Positions 33,520 to 36,003 of a stretch of DNA of 36,003 nt are shown here, piece after piece. This stretch comes from Desulfobacterales bacterium (GTDB lineage: Bacteria; Desulfobacterota; Desulfobacteria; Desulfobacterales; JAHEIW01), in contig JASFGZ010000002.1 of assembly GCA_050123495.1 (NCBI GenBank), positions 1 to 36,003 on the forward strand. The letters run 5' to 3'. Under the pieces are notes generated by a model. The model was not told where the DNA came from. It was given only the letters and a program-made list of their open reading frames with translations, and did no database searches. A program made the translations under genes and the position numbers. How positions within the stretch are numbered: position 1 is the first letter of the stretch; every line of letters starts with the position of its first letter.

Positions 33520-34393
33520 GGAGCATTTTGCTTACCTGCACAGCACCGATCCCGACATTTTTCATGAAGCATTGGCGCATTCTGAAGCTGATAAGGGTTT
33601 TACAGCGACTCTGATCGAAAAGGATTATTACTGTTCACTGGTCCTTAAATATCTCTTTAGCAAGGATACGTCCCTCGTGTTTAAAGGAGGGACCTGTCTT
33701 AGCAAGGTTCACGCAGATTTCTACCGGTTAAGCGAGGACCTTGACTTTATTATTCCAGTTGCTGCGGATATAACCCGACCTCAAAGACGGGCCGCCATAG
33801 AGCCGGTCAAAACTATATTTGAAAAATTGCCGGAAGTAGTTCCCGGAATGACAATCTCCGAAGCCTTCAGAGGTCATAACGAGTCACGGCAATATATCGG
33901 CTATCTTGAATATCCCTCAGTTATTATGGAAAAAATGGAAATAATTCAGGTTGAGGTCGGACTTCGAGAATCTCTTCTACGACCACCGGAGCCCAGTATC
34001 GCAAGCACAATCGTTTTGAATCCTTTTAGCGGTCAGCCTGTGCTGCCCGCTTTTACAGTTAACGCGATGGCTTTGATAGAGACATATGCGGAAAAGGTCC
34101 GAGCAGCACTTACAAGAAGAGGGCCGGCAATCCGGGACTTTTTCGATCTGTTTTATGCCGGCCGCGCGATAGGATTGAATTTCCTTAATCCTGAGTTCCT
34201 CAATATTGTGAAGATTAAAATTGAGGTACCGGGAAATGACCCTATTGATGTTTCTTATGAGCGAAGACAAGAACTCGATCGACAACTTGAAGGTCAACTA
34301 AAGCCCGTACTACGTCCATGGGATTTTGATAATTTTAAATTAGATGAGGCATTTGAGCTTGTACTAAAAATAGCTGAAGCATTATCAGTTTAA
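33512..34393 (+). CDS. Nucleotidyltransferase AbiEii/AbiGii-family toxin
   Basis: FKGGTCLSK...YRLSEDLDF is the NTase motif of the DUF1814/AbiEii family. 293 aa. Confidence 0.85.
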   Translation: MAEEHFAYLHSTDPDIFHEALAHSEADKGFTATLIEKDYYCSLVLKYLFSKDTSLVFKGGTCLSKVHADFYRLSEDLDFIIPVAADITRPQRRAAIEPVKTIFEKLPEVVPGMTISEAFRGHNESRQYIGYLEYPSVIMEKMEIIQVEVGLRESLLRPPEPSIASTIVLNPFSGQPVLPAFTVNAMALIETYAEKVRAALTRRGPAIRDFFDLFYAGRAIGLNFLNPEFLNIVKIKIEVPGNDPIDVSYERRQELDRQLEGQLKPVLRPWDFDNFKLDEAFELVLKIAEALSV

Positions 34394-34642
34394 CTACACT
34401 ATTCCCGAGAGTTAAATGGTGACCGCCTTCTCTGGTTACGTGAGCCTTTTCCCTTGACCTTACCTAACCACCTGGCATATATAACCATTTAAGTTAATCT
34501 GAATTTCGCATTCCACCGGAACTGAAGTTCTTTTCGATTATGCAATCGAGCCGGTTCTGAGATCTCATCTTGCAGTCCTCTGATACAATTTATCCTTGCG
34601 TGTTCTATTTGTTTAAAAACCTTTACATAAGGGGGGAACTCC

Positions 34643-36003
34643 GTGGCTGAAGAAGGTTTTAAACGCAAACTCACCGCCATTCTCAGCGCAGATGTTGAAG
34701 GCTATAGTCGCCTGATGGACGATGATGAAGAAGCCACTATCCGGACGTTAACGACCTACCGCGATGTGATGGCCACACTTATCCAGCAATACAGGGGCCG
34801 GGTGGTGGATGCCCCGGGCGACAACCTGCTGGCTGAGTTTGCCAGTGCGGTGGATGCCGTCAACTGTGCGGTGGAAATCCAGCGCGAGCTTGCCGAGCGC
34901 AACGCGGAGTCGTCCTATGAGCGCAGAATGCAGTTTCGCATCGGCGTCAATGTGGGGGATGTGGTTGAGGAAGAGGATCGAATCTATGGTGATGGCGTCA
35001 ATATTGCCTCACGGGTGGAAGGCCTGGCTGAAGCCGGTGGTATCTGCATATCCGGAAGGGTCTATGATCAAGTCGAGAACAAATTAGATTTAGAGTATGA
35101 GTTTTTAGGAGAGCAAGCGGTAAAAAATATCGCCATCCCGCTGCGAATATACCGGGTTCTTTCCCATCCGGGAGCTGCGGCCCACAGAGTTATCAAAGCC
35201 AAAAGAGCTATTGTCGGAAAGGCATGGCGCAACGTGTTTGCAGCCACATTGGCGGTTGTTGTCGTTGGCGCGGCTGTGGCTGTCTGGCATTTTTATTTCC
35301 GATTTCCTGCGGTGGAGGTTGCCGCCGTTGAAAAGATGGCTTTCCCTTTACCGGATATACCCTCCATAGCAGTATTGCCTTTTGACAACATGAGTGAAGA
35401 CCCCGAGCAGGAGTACTTTAGTGATGGGCTTACCGATCAGATCATCAGCACTCTCTCCAAGATCCGGAATTTATTTGTCATCGCACGTAACTCGACATTC
35501 ACTTATAAAGCGAAACCCGTAAAGGTACAAAAAGTAGCTGAGGATTTAGGCGTGCGCTACGTCCTCGAAGGCAGCGTGCAAAGGACTGCGGACCGGATTC
35601 GAATCACTGCGCAGCTGATCGATGCCACCACAGGATATCACATTTGGTCGGAGCGTTACGATCGCGAGCAAAATGACATATTTGCGATTCAAGATGACAT
35701 TACCATGGAAATAACGAAAGCAATTGGAATAGAGCTCATAGAAGGGGAGCAGGCCCGAATTTGGCAAAAAACGCAGACGAGCAATCTCAGGGCCTATGAA
35801 AAATTTCTTCAAGGGCGTCAAAATATTTTGAAGGGCACAAAAGAAAAAAACGTCCGAGCACGGTTGCTGTATGAGGAAGCCATTGCCTTAGATCCCGGGT
35901 ATGCGCGCGCGCATGTGGGTTTGGGTTGGACTCACTTCTATGATGCGAGGTATGGATGGGCTGAGTCTCGGGCCGAATCTATTAAAATGGCGGATAAATA
36001 TGC
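34643..36003 (+). CDS. Class III adenylate/guanylate cyclase with one TM segment, a TolB-N-like periplasmic domain and TPR repeats; 3' end lies outside the window
   Basis: This CDS is not in the ORF track because no stop falls in the window. GTG at 34643 follows AAGGGGGG. My own translation gives AILSADVEGYSRLM...FRIGVNVGDVV...IYGDGVNIASRVE, then the TM WRNVFAATLAVVVVGAAVAVW, then IAVLPFDNMSEDPEQEYFSDGLTDQII. The frame is open to position 36003. Confidence 0.85.
   Translation, partial: MAEEGFKRKLTAILSADVEGYSRLMDDDEEATIRTLTTYRDVMATLIQQYRGRVVDAPGDNLLAEFASAVDAVNCAVEIQRELAERNAESSYERRMQFRIGVNVGDVVEEEDRIYGDGVNIASRVEGLAEAGGICISGRVYDQVENKLDLEYEFLGEQAVKNIAIPLRIYRVLSHPGAAAHRVIKAKRAIVGKAWRNVFAATLAVVVVGAAVAVWHFYFRFPAVEVAAVEKMAFPLPDIPSIAVLPFDNMSEDPEQEYFSDGLTDQIISTLSKIRNLFVIARNSTFTYKAKPVKVQKVAEDLGVRYVLEGSVQRTADRIRITAQLIDATTGYHIWSERYDREQNDIFAIQDDITMEITKAIGIELIEGEQARIWQKTQTSNLRAYEKFLQGRQNILKGTKEKNVRARLLYEEAIALDPGYARAHVGLGWTHFYDARYGWAESRAESIKMADKY

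Noticed and set aside
1-36003. Search by eye for CRISPR arrays, tRNA/rRNA genes, IS elements, integrases and prophage genes.
   Set aside because: I saw no regularly spaced 25-40-nt direct repeats, no cloverleaf-like conserved tRNA boxes and no transposase- or integrase-like translations. A tool-based scan (tRNAscan-SE, Infernal, ISEScan) would be needed to exclude them formally.

Overview
This 36-kb window looks chromosomal. Gene content suggests an anaerobic Desulfobacterota/deltaproteobacterium-type genome, but that is inference only. By eye I found no rRNA, tRNA, CRISPR array, transposase or integrase. It holds about 30 credible protein genes, dominated by organic-acid uptake and catabolism. 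There are six transport systems: three MFS transporters, two TAXI-type TRAP systems with fused permeases, and one DUF401-like membrane protein. The enzymes are a DHDPS/NAL-family lyase, a DJ-1/PfpI protein, a tartrate/D-malate dehydrogenase-family enzyme, a CitE-like lyase, an SdhCAB-type flavoprotein complex, a VOC protein and an MmgE/PrpD protein. The Sdh genes lie directly behind, and overlap, a GntR/FCD regulator gene. Other content is a 954-aa secreted vWA protein with three OmpA-like domains and an internal 273-aa tandem duplication. There is also a second-messenger set: two PilZ proteins, a GAF protein and a class III cyclase truncated by the right edge. An AbiEi/AbiEii type IV toxin-antitoxin pair is present too. 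The items most worth follow-up are: (1) the GntR-linked Sdh-like/CitE/VOC/PrpD/MFS cluster with its neighbouring TRAP and dehydrogenase genes, a candidate uncharacterised di/tricarboxylate pathway; (2) an AT-rich two-gene ORFan islet at 2.3-4.3 kb that abuts a GC-rich block; (3) CACGAAA-type intergenic repeats and a heptanucleotide tandem repeat at the gntR/sdhC junction. All family calls rest on motif recognition from the supplied translations; no database search was possible.
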